Below are positions 1 through 9,658 of a DNA stretch of 64,000 nucleotides, in pieces. Below the pieces are notes generated by a model, which worked only from the letters and a program-made list of their open reading frames with translations, was not told where the DNA came from and searched no databases. Each line of letters opens with the position of its first letter. The stretch's first letter is position 1. The translations under genes and the position numbers were made by a program. The stretch comes from Candidatus Krumholzibacteriota bacterium (GTDB taxonomy: Bacteria > Krumholzibacteriota > Krumholzibacteriia > JAJRXK01): the NCBI GenBank assembly GCA_963764625.1, contig CAVXTH010000001.1:1-64000 (forward strand), in the 5' to 3' direction.

Positions 1-960
1 AGTATGTCGCAGCCCCTGAGATTCAAAGACCCGCCTGTGTTCGAACGAATTGTGTAGAAGGTCCCCCCATCCAAAACTAGATTTCGTCCATTGATCTGAG
101 TTCCTGTCCCTTCCGCACGCAATTGCACGCTACTCGGAGAGAGTTGCAAGCTATCTAGCTCGACTACCGAACCTAGCGTTGCCACGATGCGCGCAACTCC
201 TGGCAAGGAAAAACCAACTGCGCAGTTCCGCATGACGCCCGTGGAGTGATTCTGGAGGCCTGGAGCGACCGCGACATTCTCTAAAGAACAGCCGCTGATC
301 TCGCAATATGGTTGATCCCTGTGATTGCGATACAACTGCTCATCTTGCGAAAGAGACATCTTCTTATAATGAGACTCGTATTTGTTCTCCCTTCGAAACC
401 CAAAATGCCGTCCGCGTACCCTACTCCATTGCTTTAGTCGAATTCGCAATTGAATACATGGAGATTAGGGGCGCTTAGGACCTGAAATGCTTCCATTCCA
501 TGAAACGCAACCGACAGAAGGAAAATGTGGCGGCAACCCGAATACTAACCAGAACGCTGAGATTTTCAAAAGTAATGCCAGAAACACTAAGTCCATTTTC
601 AGGAGAAAAATCTGGGACGAGGCATCCCGTCTGATATCCTCCGAAATCCTTCGTCAAGACTTGAGGTCCCACGAAAACGCTGTCTCGATCCGCACCCTCG
701 ATTGTCAGAGGAGAAACCTTTGGAACCATTATTACTGCTGCTGTCCCTCCTAGGGCAAATGTGTGCACCTCAAGATCTTCATACCGACCAGATCTAATCC
801 GGACCGTATCGCCCGCGGCACACACATCTAGAGCATCTTGGATTACGGAGTAGTCTCCACTGCCATCCTTGGCCACGGTCCAAGTGGTTGCGTGAACCTC
901 CCCCCAGCTCGCTAGAACCAGAGAGAGGACCACAAGACCGATGCATCCGAGCTTCATCAT
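1..960 (-). pseudogene. Secreted right-handed beta-helix (pectin-lyase-like) protein, frameshifted and running off the window edge
   Basis: ORF 475..960 has a signal peptide followed by TWTVAKDGSGDYSVIQDALD...GDTVRIRSGRY. Beta-helix-like sequence resumes in other frames (EISGCSLENV...LNLRGCDI) down to position 1. GC is visibly lower than in the rest of the window. Confidence 0.6.
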
Positions 961-970
961 TCTCTTCTCT

Positions 971-1288
971 CTACCTCACCAAGGTTACCTTCTGCCGAAA
1001 CTCCTGGGCCGCAGCCTTAAACTTCACGAAGTACACTCCGCTAGCGACTTTGGCCCCACGGTTGTCCTGGCCCAGCCAGATTGTCTGATGGCGACCCCGT
1101 ACCTGTGGGCCATCCTCCAGGGTAGTCACTAGCCGTCCCTTTACATTGTACACCTTTAGGCTGCCGTTAAATTTGAGCAATTCCAAATGCAGAGACTCTG
1201 AGACACTGAGAGCAACTGGAGGGATGGATGCGCGCAGCTCCAACTCAGGTGCAGTCGGCTGGCGATCCGAGTGGAACATTGCGAGCAA
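971..1288 (-). pseudogene. Orphan FlgD-Ig/T9SS-like C-terminal domain fragment
   Basis: LKVYNVKGRLVTTL...WLGQDNRGAKVASGVYFVKF...KVTLVR is present, but the PNPFN motif and a signal peptide are absent. Confidence 0.55.
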
Positions 1289-1404
1289 CGCCCGCTATCG
1301 CCGATCCGACAACGACATCGCCAGATACAGCAACGCCCGACCGTGATGGCCGGGCGCACTTGTTAAGCCGGACTCCAAGTTTCGTAGAGAGTCACGAACG
1401 ATGT

Positions 1405-1479
1405 TGGCTCCCCGGGTAGGACTCGAACCTACAACCCTGCGGTTAACAGCCGCATGCTCTACCATTGAGCTACCGAGGA
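1405..1479 (-). tRNA. tRNA-Asn(GTT)
   Basis: Reverse complement TCCTCGGTAGCTCAATGGTAGAGC-ATGCGGCTGTTAACCGCAG-GGTTGTAGGTTCGAGTCCTAC-CCGGGGAGCCA; cloverleaf with encoded CCA. Confidence 0.97.
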
Positions 1480-1526
1480 GCAAACTGTGGCCAGGCGCTG
1501 CAAAACCCGCGCCCGACGGGCCTATA

Positions 1527-1555
1527 CATATAGGTACCCCGCCGAACCGTGTCAA
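1527..1555 (-). promoter_or_regulatory. Sigma70-type promoter of tRNA-Asn
   Basis: TTGACA-17 nt-TATATG on the minus strand, about 50 nt upstream of the tRNA. Confidence 0.55.
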
Positions 1556-1634
1556 GCAAGGCCGTCCTCGGCGGGCTAAATCCTTCCCCCTGAGCGCCTT
1601 GAGGCCCTCGAGCCTGTCCGATCCCGCCACGGAT

Positions 1635-2807
1635 CTACTTGATCAGCGAGAGCTTGCGCGTCTCCTGGTGCTCCCCCGCCTCCAGCTGCAACAGATACAG
1701 CCCGCTCGCGGCCTTGTGCCCCGCACCATCTCGTCCGTCCCAGGTCACTTCGCCCAGGCCGGCCGGCGCCATCCCATTGTGCAGCACACGCACCTCGCGC
1801 CCGGCGGCATCGACGATCGACAGCCGCACCGACATCGCGGCCGGCAGCACATACTCGATCGTCGTCTTCGGGTTGAAGGGATTGGGATGCACCGAACGCA
1901 GGTACTCAGCCCGACTCAAGGCCGGCGGTGCATCGGTCCGGTACTGCAGGCTTGCCATGACCCTCATGACACCCGGCACGTAGTTTGCCGGCACCACCGC
2001 AAGGTAGAACGGCGCCCCGACCGGAACCGGCGCCGGCAACGACAACTGACCGGTCGCGGCGTCGAAAAGCGAACCGGGAATCGGGTTCCCGAGAGGATCA
2101 CACTGCATTGCATCGAGGATCGGGAAGTTCGATCCCAACAGATAGATTGAGAGCAAATCCTGTCCGCTCATGTTCACATCGCTGAACGAGATCCCAGTGT
2201 AGGGCGCAATGAGCGCGGGCTCATCGTCCATCGTGATCTCGTACAATCCAATGCCATAGAAATCAGGTGCCAGCTTGCCGCTTCCACTACCTTCGTTGGA
2301 AGTCAACGGCCTCGCGATGGCCTTCCCCGTTCGATCAGTCGGCTGTATGGTGAGTGTCCATTCCCCATCCGGAAACGAGTCGAGAGTGATCGTCATCGTG
2401 TGGCGATCGTCCACGGTGGGGGTCCCATTCATCACCGGGGGAATACAACCACCGGCCTCCTTGATCCGGCAGGTATGGCCGGGCGTCGAATCCTCCGTAT
2501 CGGTCTCGCTCTCGTCGATGGTACCGCTGAGGTCGTCATCACACACCCAGCTCTGATCGGCGATCGAAACGCTCTTGATCTTCGCGGTGATGTCGGTTCC
2601 ATCTGCGCTCTTGATGGAAACTGTGAAGTCACAGATTTCCTCGCCGGTCCAGTTCTCGAACGAGAAATCGCGGGCGTTGGCGGAGCCGAGTGTCTCCTGG
2701 TAGCTCCCTTTCAATTCTGTGTAGTCGATGATTTGGGCGTGAACGCTGGTTGCAAGTGGTGAAAGCAACAGGAGCGTGACACACGCCGTCAGCGTGCGGC
2801 GTAGCAC
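1635..2807 (-). CDS. Secreted protein with C-terminal FlgD-Ig/T9SS-like domain
   Basis: Signal peptide (..TSVHA/Q); C-terminal HPNPFNPKTTIEY...WDGRDGAGHKAASGLYLLQL; RBS GGAG upstream. Confidence 0.85.
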   Translation of the reverse strand: MLRRTLTACVTLLLLSPLATSVHAQIIDYTELKGSYQETLGSANARDFSFENWTGEEICDFTVSIKSADGTDITAKIKSVSIADQSWVCDDDLSGTIDESETDTEDSTPGHTCRIKEAGGCIPPVMNGTPTVDDRHTMTITLDSFPDGEWTLTIQPTDRTGKAIARPLTSNEGSGSGKLAPDFYGIGLYEITMDDEPALIAPYTGISFSDVNMSGQDLLSIYLLGSNFPILDAMQCDPLGNPIPGSLFDAATGQLSLPAPVPVGAPFYLAVVPANYVPGVMRVMASLQYRTDAPPALSRAEYLRSVHPNPFNPKTTIEYVLPAAMSVRLSIVDAAGREVRVLHNGMAPAGLGEVTWDGRDGAGHKAASGLYLLQLEAGEHQETRKLSLIK

Positions 2808-3047
2808 CGGCGCAACTCCTCACGGGGGAAGGGTGAAGTGGCTAAAGCTTATACCCTTCGGGTGCAGGGGGGAAGTGGGTTTCGCGACAGAGGCATGGGC
2901 GACCGCCTACACTCCATTTTGTCCCGTAACTTACTTCCCAATAAGACCATGCCGCGCCCGCGGAAGCGGGCATGATACAGTTTCGAATCCCGCTGAGGTG
3001 TGCGCTACACTTCCTTTTCCCAACGACCCCGAAATAGGAGGTGCCCC

Positions 3048-3578
3048 ATGAATAGAGCGTTTGCTGTCTTTAGCTCGGCGATCCTGGTCCTGGCACTGGC
3101 GGCTGCCAGCCAGTCGGCGGAGTTATCCACGAAAGAGATCGAGAAGCAGAACATGGAGATCGTCCGGAACGCGCACGCTAGTCTGGCGGCCGGCAATTTC
3201 GACGCATTCAAATCCGCAATCGCGCCGAACTACGTGAGACATTGCCAGGCCATGCCGCCCGGTCTGCAGGAGCTCCACGGCACGGACGAGTTCTTCGGCT
3301 TTCTCGGGGAGTGGCTGAAAGCGGTGCCCGATTATACCGACACGCTCAGCAACATGATCGCCGACGGGGACAGGGTGGCTTACATCTCCACGATGAAGGG
3401 AACACAGATCGGCCCGCTGGGAGAGATTCCGGCTACAGGCAAATCCTTCACTCTGGTGAACATCATCATGCAGCGGCTCGAGGATGGGAAGATCGTTGAG
3501 ACGTGGGTCAGCTGGGACAACGTTGCCTTTCTATCCCAGTTGGGACTGATGCCCGGACCGTCGGATGGTTCGAAATAG
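3048..3578 (+). CDS. SnoaL-like ester cyclase / NTF2-fold protein with signal peptide
   Basis: AGGAGG RBS before ATG 3048; MIADGDRV...GTQIGPLGEIPATGKSF...EDGKIVETW...FLSQLG pattern. Confidence 0.85.
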   Translation: MNRAFAVFSSAILVLALAAASQSAELSTKEIEKQNMEIVRNAHASLAAGNFDAFKSAIAPNYVRHCQAMPPGLQELHGTDEFFGFLGEWLKAVPDYTDTLSNMIADGDRVAYISTMKGTQIGPLGEIPATGKSFTLVNIIMQRLEDGKIVETWVSWDNVAFLSQLGLMPGPSDGSK

Positions 3579-3670
3579 CGCTCCCTCAGCGTGAGCATTT
3601 CTTGTGACGTTCATGGCGCGCCTTGCACTTCCGATGGCATTCTTCAGGGCGTGCCGTTAGGCTCGTGACC

Positions 3671-4930
3671 ATGCGTCGCCACCGTTCCGTCGGCCCCGGC
3701 ATCCTCCTGGCCGCCACCGCAATCGGCGGCAGTCACCTCGTGCTCTGCACCACCGCCGGCGCGAGCTTCGGCTACCGCCTCTTGTGGCTGATCGTTCTCG
3801 CCCACCTCTTGAAGTACCACGCCTTCGAGTTCGGGCCGCGTCTCGCCGTCGCCAGTAGACACAGCCTGCTTTCGGCCTACCGCCGCCTGCCTGGCCCGCG
3901 CGACTGGGCACTGTGGCTCGGACTCGTCGACATGGTGCTCGAGAGCGTCGGCGTGTTGGCCGCGGTCGCCGGCCTCACCGGATCCATCCTGCAGGCGGCC
4001 TTTGGCGGTTTCGGTTTAGGTCCGTGGACGGCGATCGTCATCGCCCTCACCTTCCTCCTTTTGCTCACCGGACGCTATCCGCTGCTGCGCAATCTCAACT
4101 TGGGGATGATGGTCGCGCTCGCGCTTGGAACTGCCGTCGCGTTCTTCACGACGCCGCCTCCGGTAGCTGCGTTCGCGCGCGGATTGGTCCCGAGTCTTCC
4201 TCATGGAAGTCTGTTGTTGGTCGCGTCGATCCTTGGGTTCTTGCCCACCGCGATCGGCGTGTCGGTGTGGCAGTCCCTGTGGACTCTGGAGGATCCGCGC
4301 TTCAACGGAAGCGATCCTTTGGACCGCCGCTCGTCGCGCGAGCGCCTGCGCGCGGTGCTGATCGACCTGCGCGTGGGCTATCTGCTCTCGGCCATCCTCG
4401 CGGTGTTCTTTCTGGGCTTGGGCGCCGCGGTGCTGCATCCGCGCGGATTGGTGCCGGGCCAGTTCGATGTCGCTGTGACCCTCGCGCGCCTCTACACCGA
4501 GCTCTTTGGCGCGTGGATGCGCCCGCTGTTCTACGCGGTGGCGTTCTTCACCACCTTCTCGACGACCTACGCCATCATGGATGGAATGCCGCGGACCTTG
4601 GTGGCGACAGTGCGGCATTTGCGGAGCACTCGCGACCCCGAACGCCCCGACCGCGGACGCCTCTACTGGAGCTACCTCCTCGCGATGACAATCCTCTCGG
4701 TCGGCATCGTCCAGGCCGTGCCCGACCCGGTCTTCCTGCTCACCGTGCTCGGCGCGGTGACCTTCGTCTTCAGCCCCCTCTACTACGCGCTGAACACCTG
4801 GGCCGTCACCCACCTCATCGACGACCCCGTGCTGCGCCCGTCCCGCGCCGCGCTCGGCCTTGCGCGCGTGGGGATCGCGTTCCTCGTCGTGGTCGCGGGC
4901 CTGCTGATCTATGTGCAACTGATGCGGTGA
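3671..4930 (+). CDS. NRAMP/MntH-family divalent metal transporter
   Basis: GPGILLAATAIGGSHLV...GASFGY..LW motif, FSTTYAIMDG, about 11 TM segments. Confidence 0.8.
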   Translation: MRRHRSVGPGILLAATAIGGSHLVLCTTAGASFGYRLLWLIVLAHLLKYHAFEFGPRLAVASRHSLLSAYRRLPGPRDWALWLGLVDMVLESVGVLAAVAGLTGSILQAAFGGFGLGPWTAIVIALTFLLLLTGRYPLLRNLNLGMMVALALGTAVAFFTTPPPVAAFARGLVPSLPHGSLLLVASILGFLPTAIGVSVWQSLWTLEDPRFNGSDPLDRRSSRERLRAVLIDLRVGYLLSAILAVFFLGLGAAVLHPRGLVPGQFDVAVTLARLYTELFGAWMRPLFYAVAFFTTFSTTYAIMDGMPRTLVATVRHLRSTRDPERPDRGRLYWSYLLAMTILSVGIVQAVPDPVFLLTVLGAVTFVFSPLYYALNTWAVTHLIDDPVLRPSRAALGLARVGIAFLVVVAGLLIYVQLMR

Positions 4931-5090
4931 GCGTGGAGGGCCGGGTGGAGGGTGGATGGGTGGATGGGGTGGGTCGGCGAGCGCATAAAAACCGTATATC
5001 AATTTAGTCTAAACCTTGATTTTAGGTCACGATTCTACATTTAATTGAGAAATTCCTCTTGCGACCGCATTTCCGTTAGACTACATTTGT

Positions 5091-7253
5091 TTGGTAATTC
5101 CTCCGCCTCCCAGCGGGACGAATTCGATGCAGATGAGGCATTTTGGGGAGACGTCGCGTTCCGAGCGTTCCGACGCCAGGACCCGCGCCCAGACCGGGGC
5201 CACTCCGCCCCGGCTACGGCCCTCGGCAGCGCCCTCGGCAGAAGTGTGGGAGCTTTGGGCCAGCGTTCGAGCGCGCACCCGCCTCGAGCAGGCGGCTACC
5301 CGCGATCAGATTCGGCAGGAATGTCAGTCGATGCGGCGCGAGGCCGCCGCCGGTCACGCTGCCATTTGTGCCGCCGCGAGCGAGTTCAAATCGGTCCGCG
5401 GACCGCGCTGGTGCGGTTACTCCTCATTGCGAGATTACTGCGCCGAACGCCTCGGGGTGCCCGCCTCTTCCTTTTACAAGTGGATTCGCCAGGAGCGTCT
5501 GCTACGCGAGTCGGAAGCAGTGGCTACCGCGCACGCCGAGGGACACCTCAGCTCAAGCGCGCTGGAGGAACTCGCCCAGTCAGTTTCGCCGGAAGAGGCG
5601 GAGGCGCTGCTTCCGCAGATTTTCGGCCTCACGATTCGCGAACTCAGGCAAAGGATTCGGGAAGCGCGTCGGCGTTCGTCTGATCCGAGGGCGACGGACA
5701 GGAAGTCCGCTTCTATCGACACCGCGATAGGCAAGTCTGCGTCTTCCGATGCGGCGATTTCAGCTGACGCCAACACGGTGGAATCCGCTCCTTCCGACGC
5801 CACAGCGAAACCGACCTTCTCCACCGACGAGGAGGGCCGCGACCGGCTGGTGCGCATGCGCATTCCGTCCCTCTTCGCCCCCTACGTGCGCGATACCCTC
5901 CGCCTGGCGCAGGCGCTCATCGGCACCGAGGGCGATGACGAGATGCGCCTCGCCGCGATCCTGGCCGAGGCCAGCACCGAGGTAGAGCTCACCGTCCCGG
6001 CGGCCGAGGCCCTGAGCCGGATCGCTCCCCGGCGCCTTGCGCGGGCGGCGCAGCGGGCCCAAATCACCGGAAACGCCTCGAATCCCGCAAATTTGCAGTC
6101 GCATGCGGCATTTTGCTCTTCGGTAAATCACACTTCAGCGTATCCCCACTCCAAGTGCCTCGCGGCCGGACCCACGGCCCCGTCCGACTCTCATCGCGGC
6201 GTGCGCTGCACCCGCGACCGCGCCCATTTCCTCGACCTCTCCCTGCGCCGCTTGCTCTCCCGACGTCGACGCCTCCACATTCGACATGAAGACAAACTGC
6301 TCAGCTTCAAGAACCAGTCCGTCCATCACCGGATCGGCTACCGCCGCTTCGACGATTTTGCCCGCGCGGAGCTCGGTCTCGCCCCCTCGACCACCTTCGA
6401 GATGCTCGGCCGGGCGGCGAAGCGCCGCCGCGACGATCCCATCGCACTCGCCCACGCGCAGGGCAAGATCACCTCCCTGAAGGCTACCCTTCTTCTGCAA
6501 CTCCCCCGCATTGGCGCCGCCCGCAGCGACCTGACGCGCTGGATCGCCGAAGCCTCCACCTTGACCGTGCGCGCCCTGCGCGATCGCATCGCCTGGGCGC
6601 GCCGGCAAGCCGACACCGACTACCGCGCGTGGTCGTTGAAGGGCTGTCCGCCGCCGACCAACGAAGAACTCCGAACGTCGAGACACTCGCTGCGCGAACT
6701 CGCGACCCATCCCGATCCGCCGGTCCTCCTGAACGCGGCTCCGCTGCATTCCGAGCGGCGAATCACCTTCAGCTGGGTGCTTTCGGAAGACACCAGCGCC
6801 TTCATGGCCCAACTTCTGGCCTCCATTCAGGATCGCGTGAAGCGGGAAGCCTTCCAGAACTGCGAATCCTGGCGTGCGCTCGTCCTCTTGTGCTATCAGG
6901 CGCGCCGCGCGTGGTCCGCCCTCGAAAAACCCCACTCCCGCCGCGAGGAGGCCATCCTCGAGCGCGACGACTGGCGCTGCGCCGTGCCGGGATGCAGCGC
7001 CCGCCGCTCGCTACAGCGTCATCACATCCGCTTCCGCAGTCTTGGCGGTGGCGATGAGGCCGAAAACCAGGTCACCCTCTGCGCCTTCCACCATCTCATC
7101 GGGGTGCATCAGGGTCTCATCGCCATCAAGGGAAGGGCCCGGCGCGGCAGCGAGGATCTCGACTTTTCGCTGGGTCTGCGCCCGGGCCGCCGTCCGCTCG
7201 CGTTCTACCACGGGGATCGGGAAATCACCCGCCGACTCGCGAGGAGGGTGTGA
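5091..7253 (+). CDS. HNH endonuclease with DUF222-like N-terminal modules (start uncertain, possibly ATG 5127)
   Basis: C-terminal RDDWRCAVPGC...HHIRFRSLGGGDEAENQVTLCAFHH; two GYxxxxDxxxxxLG helical modules. Confidence 0.8.
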   Translation: MVIPPPPSGTNSMQMRHFGETSRSERSDARTRAQTGATPPRLRPSAAPSAEVWELWASVRARTRLEQAATRDQIRQECQSMRREAAAGHAAICAAASEFKSVRGPRWCGYSSLRDYCAERLGVPASSFYKWIRQERLLRESEAVATAHAEGHLSSSALEELAQSVSPEEAEALLPQIFGLTIRELRQRIREARRRSSDPRATDRKSASIDTAIGKSASSDAAISADANTVESAPSDATAKPTFSTDEEGRDRLVRMRIPSLFAPYVRDTLRLAQALIGTEGDDEMRLAAILAEASTEVELTVPAAEALSRIAPRRLARAAQRAQITGNASNPANLQSHAAFCSSVNHTSAYPHSKCLAAGPTAPSDSHRGVRCTRDRAHFLDLSLRRLLSRRRRLHIRHEDKLLSFKNQSVHHRIGYRRFDDFARAELGLAPSTTFEMLGRAAKRRRDDPIALAHAQGKITSLKATLLLQLPRIGAARSDLTRWIAEASTLTVRALRDRIAWARRQADTDYRAWSLKGCPPPTNEELRTSRHSLRELATHPDPPVLLNAAPLHSERRITFSWVLSEDTSAFMAQLLASIQDRVKREAFQNCESWRALVLLCYQARRAWSALEKPHSRREEAILERDDWRCAVPGCSARRSLQRHHIRFRSLGGGDEAENQVTLCAFHHLIGVHQGLIAIKGRARRGSEDLDFSLGLRPGRRPLAFYHGDREITRRLARRV

Positions 7254-7383
7254 TGCTCTCGGCCGCCGTGCAACCGAACCCGTGGAGACCAAATCTCAAG
7301 CAGCCCTTGTCCCGCGCGCGCGGCTGCGTCATTCTCGACGGGCCAACGGATCAACCCGGACTCTTGCCCCGCCCCGCGAGCTC

Positions 7384-7482
7384 ATGCCCTTCTGGACCGT
7401 TTTTTGGCTCATCGTCCCCGCCGTGGCCCTCCTGGCCTTCACGACCATCTTCTACATTCGCAGCGGGAAGCCGCCCCGATGA
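7384..7482 (+). CDS. 32-aa single-TM small protein, probable symporter accessory subunit
   Basis: MPFWTVFWLIVPAVALLAFTTIFYIRSGKPPR; its stop overlaps the putP start (ATGA at 7479-7482). Confidence 0.6.
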   Translation: MPFWTVFWLIVPAVALLAFTTIFYIRSGKPPR

Positions 7483-8996
7483 ATCCCATCCTCATCGGCT
7501 TCCTCGTCTACCTGCTCGTGATTCTGGTCGTGGGCATCCTCGCCTACCGTCGAACCTCCACCCAGAAGGCCTTCATCCTGGGCGACCGCAAACTGGGTCC
7601 GTGGGTCATCGCGTTCAGCGAACGCGCCAGCGGCGAGAGCGCCTGGCTACTGGTCGGCCTACCCGGCGCCGCCTTCGCGATGGGCTTCCTGCAACTCTGG
7701 ACCGCCATCGGCTGCTGCGCCGGCATCCTCTTCTCCTGGACCGTAGTCGCCCGCCGGCTCCGCAAGGAGGTCGGCCGCACCGACAGCCTCACCCTGCCCG
7801 ACTACTTCCACGTGCGCTTCCCCGAGACCAAAGGCTGGTTGCGCCTGGTCTCCAGCGTCATCATCACCTTCTTCTTCACCTTCTACGTCGCTTCGCAATT
7901 CAACGCCGCCGGCAAAGTCCTCGACACCACCTTCGGCGACTTCATGGTCTCGCTGCAGAACTTCTTCGCGCGCAGCGGGCTCAGCATGGAAACCGCCACC
8001 ATCGGCATGCTCATCGGCGCCGTGATCGTCCTGTTCTACACCACCCTCGGCGGCTTCGTCGCCGTCGCCTGGACCGACGTCGTCCAGGGCCTCATCATGG
8101 TCTTCACCTGCGTGGTCCTGCCCATCGTTGGAGTCCAAGCCATCGGCGGCTGGCACGAAGTCGCGATGCGACTCCACCACGTCGACCCCAAACTCCTGAG
8201 CGTCACCCAACACCAGACCGGCACCGCCGCGTTCCTCGGCATCATCGGCGGACTCTCCTGGGGCCTGGGCTACATGGGCCAACCGCACCTGCTCGCGCGC
8301 TTCATGGCGATCCGCCACACCCGCGACATTCGCGCCGGAACTCTCATCGCGGGATGGTGGGCCGTCCCGGCCCTGTGGGGCGCCTTCCTCATCGGCATCG
8401 TCGGCCTCGCCTACTACGGCCCCGACGCGTTCCAGGACCCCGAGCGCCTCATGCCCATCCTCGCCCAAACCCTGCTGCCCGGTTGGCTGGCCGGCATCAT
8501 GATCTCCGGCGCCATCGCCGCCATGATGTCCACCGCCGACTCGCAACTCCTGGTCACCACCTCCACCCTGAGCGAGGACATCTACCACAAGATGTTCAAG
8601 CAGGAAGTCACCCCCGAACGCCTGGCCTCCTTCAGCCGCCTCGCCACCCTGATCGTCGGCGTGCTAGCCTTCGTTCTGGCAATTCGCAGTACGGACCTCG
8701 TCTTCGCCATGGTATCCTTCGCGTGGGCCGGACTCTCGGCGGCCTTCGGACCCGCGCTGGTCCTGACGCTGTGGTGGAAACGTGTGAGCGGCTACGGAGT
8801 GTTGGCAGGCATGATCGGTGGGGCGCTCACCGTGATCCTGTGGAAGACTTTTGGCCTGGACCACACCCTGACCGAGCGCGTGAGTGGTTACTTCATCGCC
8901 CTCATTCTGGTCGTGGCCGTCTCCCTCATGGCGCCGTCACCGCCCCCTCCAGAAAAGCGAGTTTTTCAAGTCTCCCGAGAAGGAGCCCCTTTATGA
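7479..8996 (+). CDS. putP: Sodium/proline symporter (SSS family)
   Basis: LGPWVIAFSERASGESAWLLVGLPG, GGFVAVAWTD, WGLGYMGQPHLLARFMAI, AAMMSTADSQLLV. Confidence 0.88.
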   Translation: MNPILIGFLVYLLVILVVGILAYRRTSTQKAFILGDRKLGPWVIAFSERASGESAWLLVGLPGAAFAMGFLQLWTAIGCCAGILFSWTVVARRLRKEVGRTDSLTLPDYFHVRFPETKGWLRLVSSVIITFFFTFYVASQFNAAGKVLDTTFGDFMVSLQNFFARSGLSMETATIGMLIGAVIVLFYTTLGGFVAVAWTDVVQGLIMVFTCVVLPIVGVQAIGGWHEVAMRLHHVDPKLLSVTQHQTGTAAFLGIIGGLSWGLGYMGQPHLLARFMAIRHTRDIRAGTLIAGWWAVPALWGAFLIGIVGLAYYGPDAFQDPERLMPILAQTLLPGWLAGIMISGAIAAMMSTADSQLLVTTSTLSEDIYHKMFKQEVTPERLASFSRLATLIVGVLAFVLAIRSTDLVFAMVSFAWAGLSAAFGPALVLTLWWKRVSGYGVLAGMIGGALTVILWKTFGLDHTLTERVSGYFIALILVVAVSLMAPSPPPPEKRVFQVSREGAPL

Positions 8997-9617
8997 AACG
9001 CGAAACGACAACTCTGTATTACGATCACTACCTCAGCCCCCTGGGTGCCATCGTCCTGGGCGCCACCGACCGCGGACTCTGCGCCCTGTACTTCGTCGGC
9101 GGAAAGGCGGGCGAAGGCGGGCGGAAAGCCGAAGGCGAAGCCCGGCGGAGAGTCAGCCGCGAAGCCCAGCAAAGCCGCCCTCGAGAAGACCCTGCGCACG
9201 CATCTTCCCGCCGACCTGAAGGACGCCGAACTGAAAGCCTCTCCCACCAAGCTCGCGCCCGCGCGCGCCTGGCTGAAGCATTACTTCGCCCAGGAGGAGT
9301 CCCGTCCCGAAGACCTCAAGATGCCGCTCGATCTCCACGGTACTGACTTTCAGAAGCGGGTGTGGAAGCAACTCGCGCGCATTCCCTATGGGAGCACTGC
9401 CAGCTACGGACAGGTGGCCAAGAAGATCCGCAAGCCGCTGGCCTCGCGCGCGGTGGGGCTGGCGAACAACCGTAACCCGGTTTCGCTCGTCATTCCGTGT
9501 CATCGCGTGGTCGGCTCGACGGGAAAATTGGTGGGTTACGGCGGCGGACTGTGGCGCAAGGAAGCTCTGCTGCGCATGGAAGAGGGCGATCTCTTCGACG
9601 CCAAACCGGCGCGGTAG
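8993..9617 (+). CDS. ogt: Methylated-DNA--protein-cysteine S-methyltransferase, one frameshift near 9105-9115
   Basis: N-terminus SPLGAIVLGATDRGLCALYF in one frame; C-terminus GTDFQKRVW..IPYG..RAVG..NPVSLVIPCHRVVG in another. Confidence 0.85.
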
Positions 9618-9658
9618 GAGAGCTGAGTTGGGCCGGTGCGCGAACTCCGCCCGGCCCA

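Noticed and set aside
5091-7253. IscB/Cas9-like RNA-guided nuclease
   Set aside because: No RuvC motifs or PLMP domain are visible, and the HNH domain is C-terminal as in DUF222-type proteins.
7250-9346. 698-aa ORF and the many other long Arg/Pro-rich or antisense ORFs in the track
   Set aside because: These are shadow frames of real genes in high-GC DNA; only the 8993-9110 part of this ORF is genuine (ogt N-terminus).
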